Assembly (NCBI GenBank): GCA_024679065.1
Contig: JAGIQG010000016.1
Location: 50,468,001 to 50,532,000, forward strand
Source: Sphyrna mokarran
Lineage: Eukaryota
Direction of reading: 5' to 3'
DNA: 64,000 bases
Positions 11,677 to 24,530 of the stretch are shown in pieces (within the stretch, counting starts at the first letter, position 1; each line of letters opens with the position of its first letter). The notes beneath the pieces were generated by a model that was given only the letters and a program-made list of their open reading frames with translations, made no database searches and was not told where the DNA came from. Position numbers and translations under genes: made by a program.

Positions 11677-14196
11677 TGAGTTTCTGCTTTTGGAAGTTTT
11701 GGGTTACATTCCAAACCTATGGTCTTGAAAGTCCTGTGAAGGGCTATAAAATTTCATTATAAAACAGGAAACATTTTTGATTTTATCTAAAATGCTATGA
11801 TATTAGGAGGAATGTGCACAGCATTAATCCTCAGATGAACCAAACCAATATCAAGATTTAAGTGATCTTAAATTGGCTGTTCAGCTTGAGATAAATAATG
11901 TTCAAACCTTCCAGTTTGCTCACACTGTAAAATCAGTGGTTGTATGAAACAAATAATAGTTCTCTAAGTCGTTCCATTTACGCTGTATTGCATGTGTGTA
12001 TATATAAAAGTTAATACGTTTAGCTAGTTTAAGTCTTAATATATAAGACGAAACTTTTACCAGCTGAACGTAGTAACATTTATATACAAATTACTTGATC
12101 AAATTAAAAATAAATGACCAATTGCATACACATTTAAAAATGAATCCTTTGTGACTCTTCTCATGTTCGGCAGATTTCAATTTGAAATGTGACAAGAGTG
12201 GTGAGGTTAAACAAAGGCTTCCTGCTGACTACACTCACAGAAACCACGTGATTCCTTTCTTACAAATGTAAATGGCTCCTTTACAGCTTGCAGGAGATAT
12301 ACAGTAAAACACATGTTTTACACTTCATCGTGGATTTGAATCTTTTTAATCAGTGGCAGTGAAATTATTAGTTCAAATTAGAACTGAAGGATTTAATCTT
12401 TTAAGAGCACTCAAAACAGCTTTGGTAAAACTTTGTTATATGGTTATTTATTCATTGCTTGTTTGAGACATAAAGCAGTTTCATTTGTTCTGTATGCTTT
12501 ATGAAGGATTTTCTATCATATAGCTCCCCCACCCCGCACAAACAAAATGAAAATCCCCCAAGAGAAATTTGCAAATTAAGTAATTTTGGGAAACAAATTT
12601 GTTAATTATAAGAGACAAATGCAGGGGCAGTTGAATGGCAATAAAAGGCTTCTTTGCTGCAATGATAGGATTCATTTCTATAGGTTAACTATTTTTTTTC
12701 ACCGATTATTGACCAGGTTCTCTGGGAAACAAGGAGCTGCTTGAAACAGCTGTTCTTTTCTCACAGCTAATTGCTTTTTTTCCAGGTCTTTATTAGCAAG
12801 TCACCTGTTCCTGTCACTATGTAATCAATGATAGAAATCAGCACTTTCTCACAAATCATGCAAACAAATCTGTGCAAAGCTGGTCCCAGAAAACACCTTC
12901 CACCAAATTATCTGTCAGCATTGTAAACGTTCTGCCAAATAGCTTTGAACTAACACACAAAACAATTAGGAGATTGGAAGCATTCAAGCAATTTTACATC
13001 AAACAAGGCTTCCACATAAAAGCAGTCTTTGTTTTTTAACATTAGAGCAAAGTATAATAGCCCTTAGCAAGAAACTTGCACTTTGCTAGAAGGCGGCCAA
13101 CCTACAATGTCAATTCATGACGAAATTACTGATTTTGCATTGCACGTTTGAGAGACAGACGGCAGTTGATCAGAGTGCATAAAATATTATTGAAAGTTCA
13201 CCTGAAAAGTGAAACTTTAAAGTATCAAAATAAAATTGGAGTAGCTAATTGATCTTTGCAATGATTTAAAATACATTTGATTAATAAATGTATTAATTTT
13301 GCAGGAAGCAGGAAATGTGTATCAACTAAATTAAATTTTTGTGTGATTGCATCAAGGTTTTCCTGAACTCAAGCCTAATTCCCAAGGAGATTTTCTTTTC
13401 AAATACAACAACAGAAATGCAGAATCTGTTCATGAGTTCTTGTCTGAACAGACATTACTATCCTGTTTAAAAACTGCACAGAATGACTTCTCCAAGAGCA
13501 GCGAGTCAAACAAAAACACGGAGAACAACCAAAGAAAAAATCCAACACTGGGACTCGAGATTTATCTGAGATCCGTACTATTCTGCCTTACTTTGAAAAA
13601 TAATCGGGTAGACCCCGATTCATCAAATACAAAAGTGCTTCACAGTAAGGACATCAAAAAGTCAGCTTTGATTCTGCACTGAAGCAACTTATCATTGTGT
13701 TGTATAGTTTTTGTAGCATCAAGAGTCTGATAGTTCAAATAAACAGCTGACATATCACAACGGCACCATAATCCTTTTTATTTTACTTTCAGAGTGCACA
13801 GATCAACTTCGTTGAAAGGGTAATTCTGGAATTAGCATGTGTTGGCCATTGTTTCCAAAATTAAAATGACCATATGGAAGATGATGATAAAGGAAGCAGA
13901 TGAGGAAAAGGAGGTTCACAAGATACAGCTAAAGTGATGTAAATTCAACCTGAAGTGGCTTCTATTGACAAACAGATCAGCTGTGTTCGTACAAAGCTTA
14001 GAGAACAGAAGAGATCCAACAACATACTGGATGTAGCTGTAAATTAAGCTCTCTCCAAGCTGTCCCAGTTAAACAAATAGTTTTTCCCAACAAGGCAGGA
14101 CAAGCAGTTTCAGTTATATTTATCAGACTTCAACAGAGGGCAAGAACACAAGCTTTGTCTTCCTTTGTCAGGAGGAGAACATTAATATTGACTTAC

Positions 14197-14351
14197 CTTT
14201 TCCCCACAGCTATTGTCCACCTCGGTGAAATGACATCACGGAAAGCAATAATGAAATCTACAGCAGGGGCTGGGCCACGGCAGTCCACAACGGAGTATGA
14301 GGCATGTGGTGGTTGAATTAAATATTTGATACTCCAGTGTGTCGTATAAGC
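14197..14351 (-). other. myt1: candidate myt1 5'UTR exon (155 nt; alternative acceptors would give 158 or 61 nt)
   Basis: Consensus donor GAAAAG|gtaagt at 14196, acceptor gcctttagcag|G, located in a TE-poor block. Splicing to the ATG exon gives an A at -3. Inferred, no transcript data. Confidence 0.55.
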
Positions 14352-15432
14352 CTGCTAAAGGCTGTGTGTCATTTACTTAATGACCAGTCTCATTAGTTAG
14401 ATGGCAGAGAAGGCTTGATGCATTTTCTGTGTAAATACACTACCCATAAACCCTTGGGGTTGCAATATATCTGTTTACTCTATGAGGAGAAATGAATTTA
14501 CTGTATACTATCTAATAGGTGGTCCTTGAAATTTAAACATCTCGGAGCTAGAGTTTCAAATATTTCAGTGCCCACTGTGCTAAAAAGGAACACCACACAT
14601 CGCCGGTTAACACACCCAGTCTGATTAAAATTTAATGGGTAAGATTACTTACTTTAATTTATGCTTCGAACTAAAGCTTGTTAATGTCACAACTGTCAAC
14701 CTCCCCCCTCTAACCATACTTGTGGTAGAGTCCTAGGATTCCTATTAGAAACACTGTAAGCGGCCCAGGATATGACAGATGCCCTAGGTTATCAAAGCTA
14801 CTTCCTTTGTTGGCTTCAAACCTTATTAGAGGCAAAGGACAGCAGCCATTCATTAAGATCATTTGAGATTTGCATTCAAATGTCATTTTCTATCTCACTT
14901 TACCAGGTTGTGCATATAGTAAGCTTCTACAAGCCAATCTCCTCTTGCCAAAATTCTATTAAATTCTTATCTCAAAGCACCAGGCAGTATTATACATTGC
15001 ACTTCTTTTGTTATGCATTATGGCTGAAATCAATCAGCAGTGTCTGGTGTGGATCAGCTGTATCATGCCATTTTAAAAAAGAATAACAAAAGAAACAAAC
15101 AACTAGCAGAGACCACAAAGCGCTAAGCACAGAGACAAGCTTCAACCAAAGGACATCTCTAGATGCAAGAAAACTTTGGTTTCCGACAATATACTTTTAA
15201 CTCACATTAAAACTACCGACCGTGCAATTACACAAACCACGGTTGCGACAAAAGCACAGAGACGGACAAAGTACACATATTTCCACACAATGTCACATTT
15301 AGGAAGAAACCTGAAATGAGCCATGAATTTAAATGAAAATAATTACAACAAAATCGGTAAGCCTTTTAATTGTATCAACTGAACCAGACCGGTTTTTTAA
15401 AACAAGGATCCCTATTAGAGAATGCCTGCCAG

Positions 15433-15511
15433 ACAGACACCTTGGACAGCTCCTTTCTGTCCGTATGATCAGCACAGGTCAAAAACATAGTTCAGCACTT
15501 TAGTCAGCTCC
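15433..15511. promoter_or_regulatory. cluster of RE1/NRSE (REST)-like motifs
   Basis: ACAGACACCTTGGACAGCTCC (15433-15453), CTGTCC and TCAGCAC half-sites (15457-15475), and TTCAGCACTTTAGTCAGCTCC (15491-15511), compared with consensus TTCAGCACCnnGGACAGCGCC. Confidence 0.45.
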
Positions 15512-18500
15512 AGGGATTTTTACTTCCTGCATAAGCCTCAATTTGCTGCCGTACACATGACTCATGACTTCAATTTCAGAAATACTGCCAAAAAATAAAG
15601 TATGAATATTGATATCCATCAATTATTGAAGGGTGATAGTGAAAATACAAGTGAAAGTACTCTATGAAAACTTCTTGAAAAGCCGCTGCGCAAACTTTTC
15701 AAAAACTCAAGTTACATGAGTTTTCACTAATTATTGTACGATTATCACAATATTTTAAAATAAACGGATTCATACTTCTGTTCAAAAGAGAGAGCAATTG
15801 AGTTGAGTATTTTAAACATTCATATGGTAGCTTTATCAGTAGTAATTTTTAGGCTTATTCTTTTAAATTAATAGTTCAGAAGTACAAAGTAAAACGATTG
15901 TGCTCTTCTGGACAACTCTTAGTAATCTGCTACTTTTTGGGTTTCCCTCAGTTTTCCACAGTAAAGTAGCTAGAATGGAATATTTTGCACACACTATTGT
16001 AATAGTAATTGTGAAAGAGTTGATACATGTAGAAAAAGTATTATTTTATACATTACATTTTTAAAAAACTGACATGGAGATTAATCTGCAAAGCTCAAGT
16101 ATTTTCAGTTCTAAACCTGCTAAATAGAACTTTTACTCTGAGCAAGTTCTGAGTTAAACTTTTTGTATAGTCAATCAAGGTAACTCTTCAATTACCAGCT
16201 GGGACTAAACTCATTTTTCATGTTAGTCCCACAACAGATTTTGAACCTTTGCAGATGGGCAACCCTAATTCACCAGACTACAATCAGTCCTGTTGTATGC
16301 TGGATGCAACTGGTCAGCATTAATATTGTATACGTAACAGCTGAGCATTTGGAGTGAAACCTGCCTGTGGCAGACCCTGGCAGATGGAAGCAGCATACAG
16401 AAACTTTTAATAAGCCTTCAGGCTAACATTGTCTTAATGATCCTTGTCAGAGGCATATCAGCATCACTGAAGAAACAAAACTTCTTTGTCCAAAGTCCGA
16501 GAACAATATTTATCCTTTTCTATTTCAACACATGGATTAATTTTAAGAAAACTAAAGTTTAAAGTAAATTTTTGCATATCTCCACAGCACAAGATTACAG
16601 AATCTAACACTCCAATGTCACTGAATGTACTTCGAACTACTCTTAAAAAAGTGCAAACAAAAATAATTCAGAATGTATTATTAAGCAACTATAATGTAAG
16701 AAATAGATCAAAAGTACTTATTTTGTTTTGCAAAGAACCGTACAAACAAATTATAATTATTTCTTTAAGCAATTGCAAACAAATGCACAATTAATTGTCA
16801 CAGTTTGACCAATACCTCAAATTATCAGCTGCGTTATAAAAGGAACGGCTGTAAGAAAAGTAAATAAGTTATGTTTTGTACAAACCAAGAAATGTTCCAC
16901 ACAGCTTCATTCTTGCTAGTCTCTGTATATCTGGAAGAACAGTACAGAAGTGAGTATCATTCCTGGAAAGTTACTGCCAAGTGCATGCAACTTATCAGTT
17001 GAAGGGGCAGCACAGCCTGACAGCTGCACCAATCACAACCAATTTTGCACATAATTAAAATTCAATGCAACACACAAGAGCCAATCATGTTGCAGCAATG
17101 CTATGTACACAACAGAATTGTCATTCAAGAAGAATATAATACAAAAACTGCATTCAATCTCACCATCGACGTTAAAAAAAAACTTCCCTTCTTCTATTTT
17201 GCTGTTTGTTGATTTTTAGGTTTACAAAGGGCTCACACGACAACTCCCCAGGACATGACACACACCACAGTTAAATGCAAAATCACCACATACTCATTTT
17301 ATATCCCACTTTACATTAGAATATGAACACCTTACTATAATAGAGTTACTCCTGAAATTTCTTCTTGGTCTGTCAGGTGAAATACAATAGCACGGAAACA
17401 TTTTGAGAGAAAGGACAAGCCAAGTCTATGCAGCTATATTTCTAGTTGCATGCTTTCTGTGACATATGTCCTGCTAAATAGATGCTAGCTTCACTTCATT
17501 TAAATAAGATGGAATTGTACTCCTCTACAACAGATGGCTCAGGAGATAATGATGGCTGAGCATAGGAGATTGAATGGCCCTGACTCTGTTGCTATGGCAG
17601 AAGCTAAATGTGTAATGGATGCAGCGCTTATTAAATTTGCTAGCTCTGTGCTTTCTGCTTCCTGAATGAATGAGCTCAGTGAAAGAGGTATGGCCAGCTA
17701 ATGTATCTGGATAGCTTTTTTTTTAAATCCCATAATGCCCGGTACCTCTAATATTATTCCCAAAGTCTAAGGGTCATTAACCTCTTAACTTCCCCAACCC
17801 CTCCAGGCCTTTTACCCCTACTGCATACATACTGTACTCTTTGACAGAGTAACTTAGCAGATCTACAAGAAAGCAGAAGTGCCGAAAGGCATTGTAGCAG
17901 CATTTGCATGCATTTGTGGCATGGCAGGGAGACATCAAGCCCCCTAACAGGCTGTGTAAATATGAGCCTTGGCAAAGAGTAAATACAGACAGCACTCTAC
18001 AAACAGTGCCCAATTACAATGACAAAAGCCTGCCACACTTATGGGAGGAGCTCTCTATCCCGGACCACAGGCCACTGAGTGAGCGGCATACTTAATAGGC
18101 TTTCTACAGAAGCCTAGGCTTCCATTACCAGCTGTCACTATAGAATAGCAAAATGATCCAGACTGTGGATTTAAGGACAGCCAGTGAAAGGGAGCAATTA
18201 ATACAAAAACAAATGAATTGAGCACAATTTACTGATTGTGCCCAATGATAAATCAGAAGAGACTAAGAAAATTTAGTTGGTCAAGGGTACTACTCAAATC
18301 AGCACTTTAGGAATAAAGCACAGTATGGGTTTAACGTGGCTCACCGTGGGCAGAAACTGTCACTTGCTGTATATCTGTGACAAGTAAGCTGAATAAACTT
18401 GAATAGCAGTCATGATTTAAAAATGAACCAAATATTTTATCCAATTGTTATTTATAAAAGAGATAGCTTTTAATGATGCATAACCATTGAATCTTTTCCC

Positions 18501-19924
18501 AAGCCAATTTTTGAATTAACTGTAGTGGAAGTATTTCTTTGAATAGCTTGTCTATCTTTTTAATGAATGTTTGATTTTTCTAAAAGAAGCAAGCGCTGCA
18601 AGAGCAAATGAATTATTGTTCTGCAACAGAGTAAAGGCACTGTACTTTTAGAAAATTACCACAGTGTTCAGAAAGAACCAAACTTTTTGCTGCCAGCTCC
18701 CGTATAAAAGAATGAAATTGCTGCTGTATTAGTTGTAGTGACACGTAATCTGTTTGATAGTCTTGCAGTTAAGCCCCATAAATCAGCTTAGCAGATGTCC
18801 TAAAGTAATGGTGGCACACTTCAGAGAGAAAAAAAAAATTGCATTCTTTTAAGTTTCAGTCATGGAAGAAAGTGAATTAAGACTGTCAGTCTGCGAGCCA
18901 ATGACAATTATTCCGACAACGTCTCCTTCCTACTAACCACCGCCTTCCATCCATTCTCTCCACCCTCCCCTCCCCGCGATAAAAATCTAGAGCAATCAGC
19001 GCAGACCAAAACATAATGCCTCGCCATGTGTTCATCTTGGGTTTTAGGATTACCAACTACAAGCAAGGGGGAACCCCAGGGAAAATAATGGCTCCAAATG
19101 AATGGTCATTGTCCAGCCACCTGGACACCCTGAGTCAGCACGCTCATGTACTACAGGGGATTTAGGTGGCCACACATGCAACTCTCAACTTTAACCGAGC
19201 CAGAGATTTTGGCATCTGTATGCAAATCACACTCTGCCTTGTAGTGTGATGTGAAAGTACTTTATGCAGAGGTGCTATGCTGAGCTAGTATTCCAACAGT
19301 TTCCTCCCCTGTGATGTTTGTGAGGTACTTTTACTCTCTATGCTGTATTTTATATGCAATGGTACTTTTCAAGTTTTTAGTATCACTCTGGTTCCACAAT
19401 GATAGTCCTTTTCCTTCGACAGTATTTGATTTCTGAGTCTTATTTTTATACTGTTCCTTCTTCAGATCTCTAATTTATTCAAATTCTTAAACGCAGCTAC
19501 CACTTTTATCCATTTTAGCAGAAGGCACTCAAAATACAACATGAATTATTCATCACAACTGTACTGAAGCCAGTTCCTTCTCTAAAGTGCTGTGTTCTAA
19601 TGCACTTTCAGGATAGAGCTATATATTTTTTAATAGTGCTTTATACCCTTAAGACCATAACTAACAATTATACTAATCACTGAAGTAAATTAAAAAACAT
19701 GCAAGTTAAAGTTTTGAACAAGTAATGCTGTTCAACCACTGTAAGGTAAAGATGTGAAACTAAAACCTATCTGGTTTTACCTTAAACTATGATTTTCAAA
19801 TCCTATTTCTCAGACAAAGCATTCTGTTTTGGCAATAATGCTTTAATGTTTAGGAGTCTTCTAAAGGTTCACTGATACCTGACATTTTATTTTCACAGTC
19901 CTGTCAAGGAACTTTGTTGTCTAA

Positions 19925-20660
19925 AAGGTGGAATTCTCTCAAACTCCCATCGGTATGTTTGATGATAGGCACAGTGGGAGACTATGGAGGGAGGCCCAGA
20001 ATTCAGTTTTACGCTAACATGAATTTGTGGTGGGATCTTTGGCTGGTGTCTGCCACGGTGGGTCAGAATACATGCCAGAGGCCAACATGAACCTCATTTG
20101 CATTGTGTTAATGAAATGCAGGTGAAGACCTAACCCTCCATGCCAGACTCTCTGTCATGCCAACGGGAAAACACGGAGATATGAAATACACTTGGAACAA
20201 TGTGGCACGCAGATGCTGGGACTCATCTGTACAATGCCTGGTGCTACTTCCAAAGCTCAGATTAGAGGCTATCCACAACCCAGCAGTGGGTCAGGGTAAC
20301 ACCAACAGATGTGTTGGAGGGCTTCCATCTTCCAGCCTCAGAGTGTTCCGAAGATCCACCTTCATTCTCAGGAGGTTCATCTTCCGGTCTGAGTGCTCCT
20401 GGAGATCTATCTTTAATTTCAAGTGGTCCACCTTGTTCAATAATAGCTCAGTGATGTTGGACGTCTTTTCAATATGACACCTAGACATGACAGCAGACTA
20501 CGTGAGTTCCAGGCCTGCCCCACCACTGAATGTGGCGTAAAACACCTGGTGCATAATTAATGAGGTCAGGATTGGAGGTTTTGACCTATTTTTCCTTCTG
20601 GCCTCCATAACAGGAAACTCACCACAGTCCCGCCCCTGCCACAGGATAATTTATTTTCAT
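19925..20660. mobile_element. Harbinger-derived relic
   Basis: GGTGGAATTCTC terminus. The minus strand near 20390-20450 reads AIIEQ...DRSPGAL, resembling the HARBI1-type C-terminal AIIEQTIGLLKxRFRCLDRSGGAL. Confidence 0.45.
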
Positions 20661-20775
20661 GCTCTTGTCAAAACACATTGTGGTGTGAGAATGAAAAGTA
20701 CTATTATAATTTTACCCAATCTTCACTCTGGAGGAATGTCGCAATCTTCATACCACAATCCGCATTGAGAAACTC

Positions 20776-20966
20776 GGGCAGAAGCTTATTGCCATTCATG
20801 CCGGTAAGATCTTCCAGGTCTGCTAACAGCGCACCCCTGCTTCAAGTTTCCTGGTGGCGAGAGGTGCATTCAACAGGAAACTCTGTCAACAATGGTGGAA
20901 TTAGGAAAGCTGGCCAATGGTGGACTGTCTCTAGAAACATAGCAGGTTGTGTGGAAAACCCCACCC
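20776..20966 (+). mobile_element. short MITE, same family as 44350-44528 and 44650-44850
   Basis: Shared gccattcatgccgg...gcaccc...caacaggaaactctgtcaaca core, with GGGCAGAA and AAAACCCCACCC ends. Confidence 0.6.
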
Positions 20967-21039
20967 TCTGAGTGTGATAAATCAGTGCAGAAATGAAAAT
21001 AAAGTTGAAAATTTCAAAGAAAAAAATAAAAGTTTGGAA

Positions 21040-21370
21040 GAAATTAAGTTTGTCAGATGGAATAATTTGGATGTAGACTTCTCAGCTGAACTTGATTGAC
21101 ATGTTGATCTTTCTTTTCTCTTCATAGCTATTGAATGACCTGCTGTGTATTTCCTGTACATTCTAATAATGCCAGATAATGCAAGAACACAAATGGAATA
21201 CTCCAGTATTTGTTGCCCCTAACAAGAATTAGCTCTGAAAAAGAGTCACCTAGACTCGAAACGTTGGCTCTACTCTCGCTCTACAGATGCTGTCGGAACT
21301 GCTGAAATTTTCCAACATGTTTTTGTTTCTGTTTCAGATTCCAACTTCCGCGATATTTTGCACTTACCTT
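21040..21370 (+). mobile_element. two short Penelope-type terminal fragments
   Basis: ctctgaaaaagagtcacctagactcgaaacgttggctct...acagatgctg...tttcagattcca. A similar fragment lies at 54752-54855. Confidence 0.6.
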
Positions 21371-22173
21371 GAATAGAGGTTTATTTGGGGCCGTTTTCAT
21401 GAGCAGTGCCTATCCACATAAGGGACCTATATACAATTTGGAGTGGATTGTCAGGCTTCATCAACACATCTGAGGGAGTGACAAAGCTGTTTACCCATCT
21501 ACTCGAGAGAAGTCATCAAGTTGTTGATAATAATTGATCTTACTGTCCCGATTTAGAATTTATTCATAAATGACAGAATAGCCCATTTTTGATTTGAAGG
21601 ACCAGTGAATATGAAATCTTAATACAAATAGAAGTGAGTTGCCCAGCCTTTAAGGGATAGGTCTTGACACCTATCCCAACTTTGTTGACTACCTTCAGCT
21701 TGAGGCCTAGTTCAGGGGCTAAATATGATTCACAGGCCAGACCCAGGGCTTCAACAGTTCAGGTCTAGTAAGTGCTTTTTGTTTAAAAAACAATCTTTTT
21801 CAGGATCTCCTGAGACCAGGAGTCTTGATTGCACTAACCACATTAAAGCAACTTACAAGGTAACACTAATATTAAGGATCAGTCTTCAATAATGTGATCA
21901 TTTGGCCCATTGTTTTTGAGACATTTTCTCATGGTGTTTGACTGCAAGCAAGAACATTATGATTTCTTATTTCACTGACACCATGATATGCTCAGATGAT
22001 TTTACACATATCTGCAATGCTCATAGTCTGGGACTTTCAATTTTGGCAAGGGACATAAGACATGTTTTAAAATCCCACTAAATAAAATGTGGATTGGGTG
22101 CATTAGTGGTAGCTGGATCCATTTTGCATGGTTCACATTCCAGTTGAAAACTTTGCCAAATATTTGCCTCACT

Positions 22174-22305
22174 CCAAAGACACGCACGTTGGGTGGATTG
22201 GCCATGTTAAATTGCCCCTTAGTATTAGGGAGATTAGCAGGGTAACTATGTGGGGTTACGGGGATAGGGCCTGGATGGGAGAGATGTAGGTTTCTATGAT
22301 TCTTC
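22174..22305 (+). mobile_element. HE1-type V-SINE, 3' part
   Basis: ccaaaga...tggattggccatgttaaattgccccttagt...ggggatagggcctgg...ttctatgattct. Confidence 0.8.
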
Positions 22306-24119
22306 AATGATTCTTATTAGGATGTTTGTGTCTGGGAGGAGTTGATAATTTGTAAGTGAATTACCCGGATCCAGAAGGAGTTCTGGTTGGGTGGTTAGGA
22401 TTCACAGTGGAAAACCTAAGAGAAAATTAGTGCTTTGACCAAGTTTTTAGTCATGAAATACATCATAAAAAGTAAAGTTTGGGAAGAAAAGTAATTTAGA
22501 GTAGGAAAATGGAATATTCTAAAACAGCTGTGGTGCGTAAATGACTAATTCTAAGGAGTCTCATGAAGCGTTGTCTCTGTGTTCAGATAATTACTAAACA
22601 TTTATATTGCAAAAGCTTTGTTTTTGATATATTAGATGACAAAAATTTAATCAATATGAAATGCTCTATATATAAATTACAAAAGGTTTTTAACAATATC
22701 AGTATCTGAATTTTATCTTTGGTCATGGTGATTTGGAATGTACACAAAAGTATTAATTTTTCAATGATGCCATTTGGAAAATAATCCCCAGCATATCTTG
22801 TGCCATTTGATTTCCCTGGCCACAGACTTCATAAGGCAGCCCAATTCACATTGTCACCTTCAGGTTTCTTAGACCATGGGAGGCTTGGTGATATAATTAA
22901 CAGCATCTTGATGGCTTCCCTCGAGTGGATGGGCAAACAGCTCTGTCACTTGCCCCAAATGTGTCGATGAGGTTTGCGAATCCATTTCCAGTTATCTGAG
23001 ATATGGTTAAGCCAGCCAGCACCAAGAGAAATTCCACTTATCAATCTTGGAACAAACACACCAGTACGTGATTCAAAACAATGATGGACAGTGTGAAACT
23101 TTTTCCAAAAACATACTCAGACAGAAGGAACATGTAATTGGTCAACGTCAGATTTTCATTTCCACTGAAGTCAACAGCTAATGAAAACTGGGTGAGGTAT
23201 AAGATGGGCAGCAGAATCACAATCACTCTACCTAGTGTTGATCAATTTCAACCCCTAAAACGCAAAGGATTACATTAATAAAGGAAACAAAATAAACAAG
23301 CCACGTACAGATTAACTTTCAAATCCCCAAACCATCAAATAACAGTTTGCAAGATTAACAAACACAAATGATCCCTTTTTCCAATATCTAAACACAGGCA
23401 TCCATTCATTTAAAACAAATAAGTTAAGATCTGAGCTAAAATAATACAGAAGAATGTGTTAACTGGTAGTCCGCCAATATCGTTAACTGTAATTTCTGAA
23501 ATGGAAGTAAGTGGGAATTGCAAATTTGCTACAGACCTTGAGAATAAAGACTACTTGGTACTAAAAGTGATTTATTTAACATTTTTTGAAATACCATGGG
23601 CAATTGTCCTAAATCAATACCATTTCAGGAGAAAAAGGGCTTGTCTGTTCAGGATTGAAGGCTAAAGCAATCAAAATTCTGCCTTAAATTAAGATGATTA
23701 TTCTCCTTTTGCAATCAGGATTAGATAGTAATGTTTTGTTGCAATGTGTTGTACTGCAAATGCTTCAAAATATTTCACATACCAAGTATGATTCTTATGG
23801 AATTATCTTTCATTTTGCTTGTGGCACTGTCTTTTGTTAATAATCTAGAATAAAGTCACATTCAACAATTTATTGATGAAACATTACAATCATTAATGAT
23901 ACCATGCATTCTATCTTTAATGTTCTTTACAATAGGAAGGAAGATATCTCCTATAAGTCCTAAGGAATTTGAAAGGCATTTTCATGTGCTTATGGTAACC
24001 TGATGGGTGTGACCTATGCTTCACAACAGCCTAATCAAACATCAAGATACATTAGAAGATATGAGGACAATGAATGAAAGCTTGGTCAAAGTAATAGATT
24101 TTATGCAGTCTCTGAAGAA

Positions 24120-24530
24120 ACAAAAATAGCTTGCATTTATATTATGCCTTCAATATAAATAAAACATTTCAAAACACTTCAAGGGACATTATAAAGCAAA
24201 AACTGACACTGAGCCACATAAGGGATATTAAGGTAAATGACCAAAATCTTTATAAACATTGGAGGTGTTCTAGATCACTTTAAAGAAGGAAAGAGGAGAA
24301 GAGAGATGCTAAAGTTTAAGGAGGGAATCCCAGAGCCTAAGGCCTTGACAGCTAAAGGCAAAGCAACTAATGGCGGAGCATTTCAAATCGGGGATATCCA
24401 AAAGGCCAGGAGGAATACATATGTTGTAGTTTGTGGGATTGGAGGTGCTTACAGAGATAGGGAAGAGAAAAGCCAATATAGGGTCTGAAACAAGGATAAG
24501 AATTTTAAAATCGAGGAATTGCTCAATAGG
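24120..24530 (-). mobile_element. L2-type LINE 3' end
   Basis: cttgcatttatattatgcctt tail followed by a purine-rich antisense ORF2 end (gagggaatcccagagc...cagctaaaggca). Confidence 0.65.
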
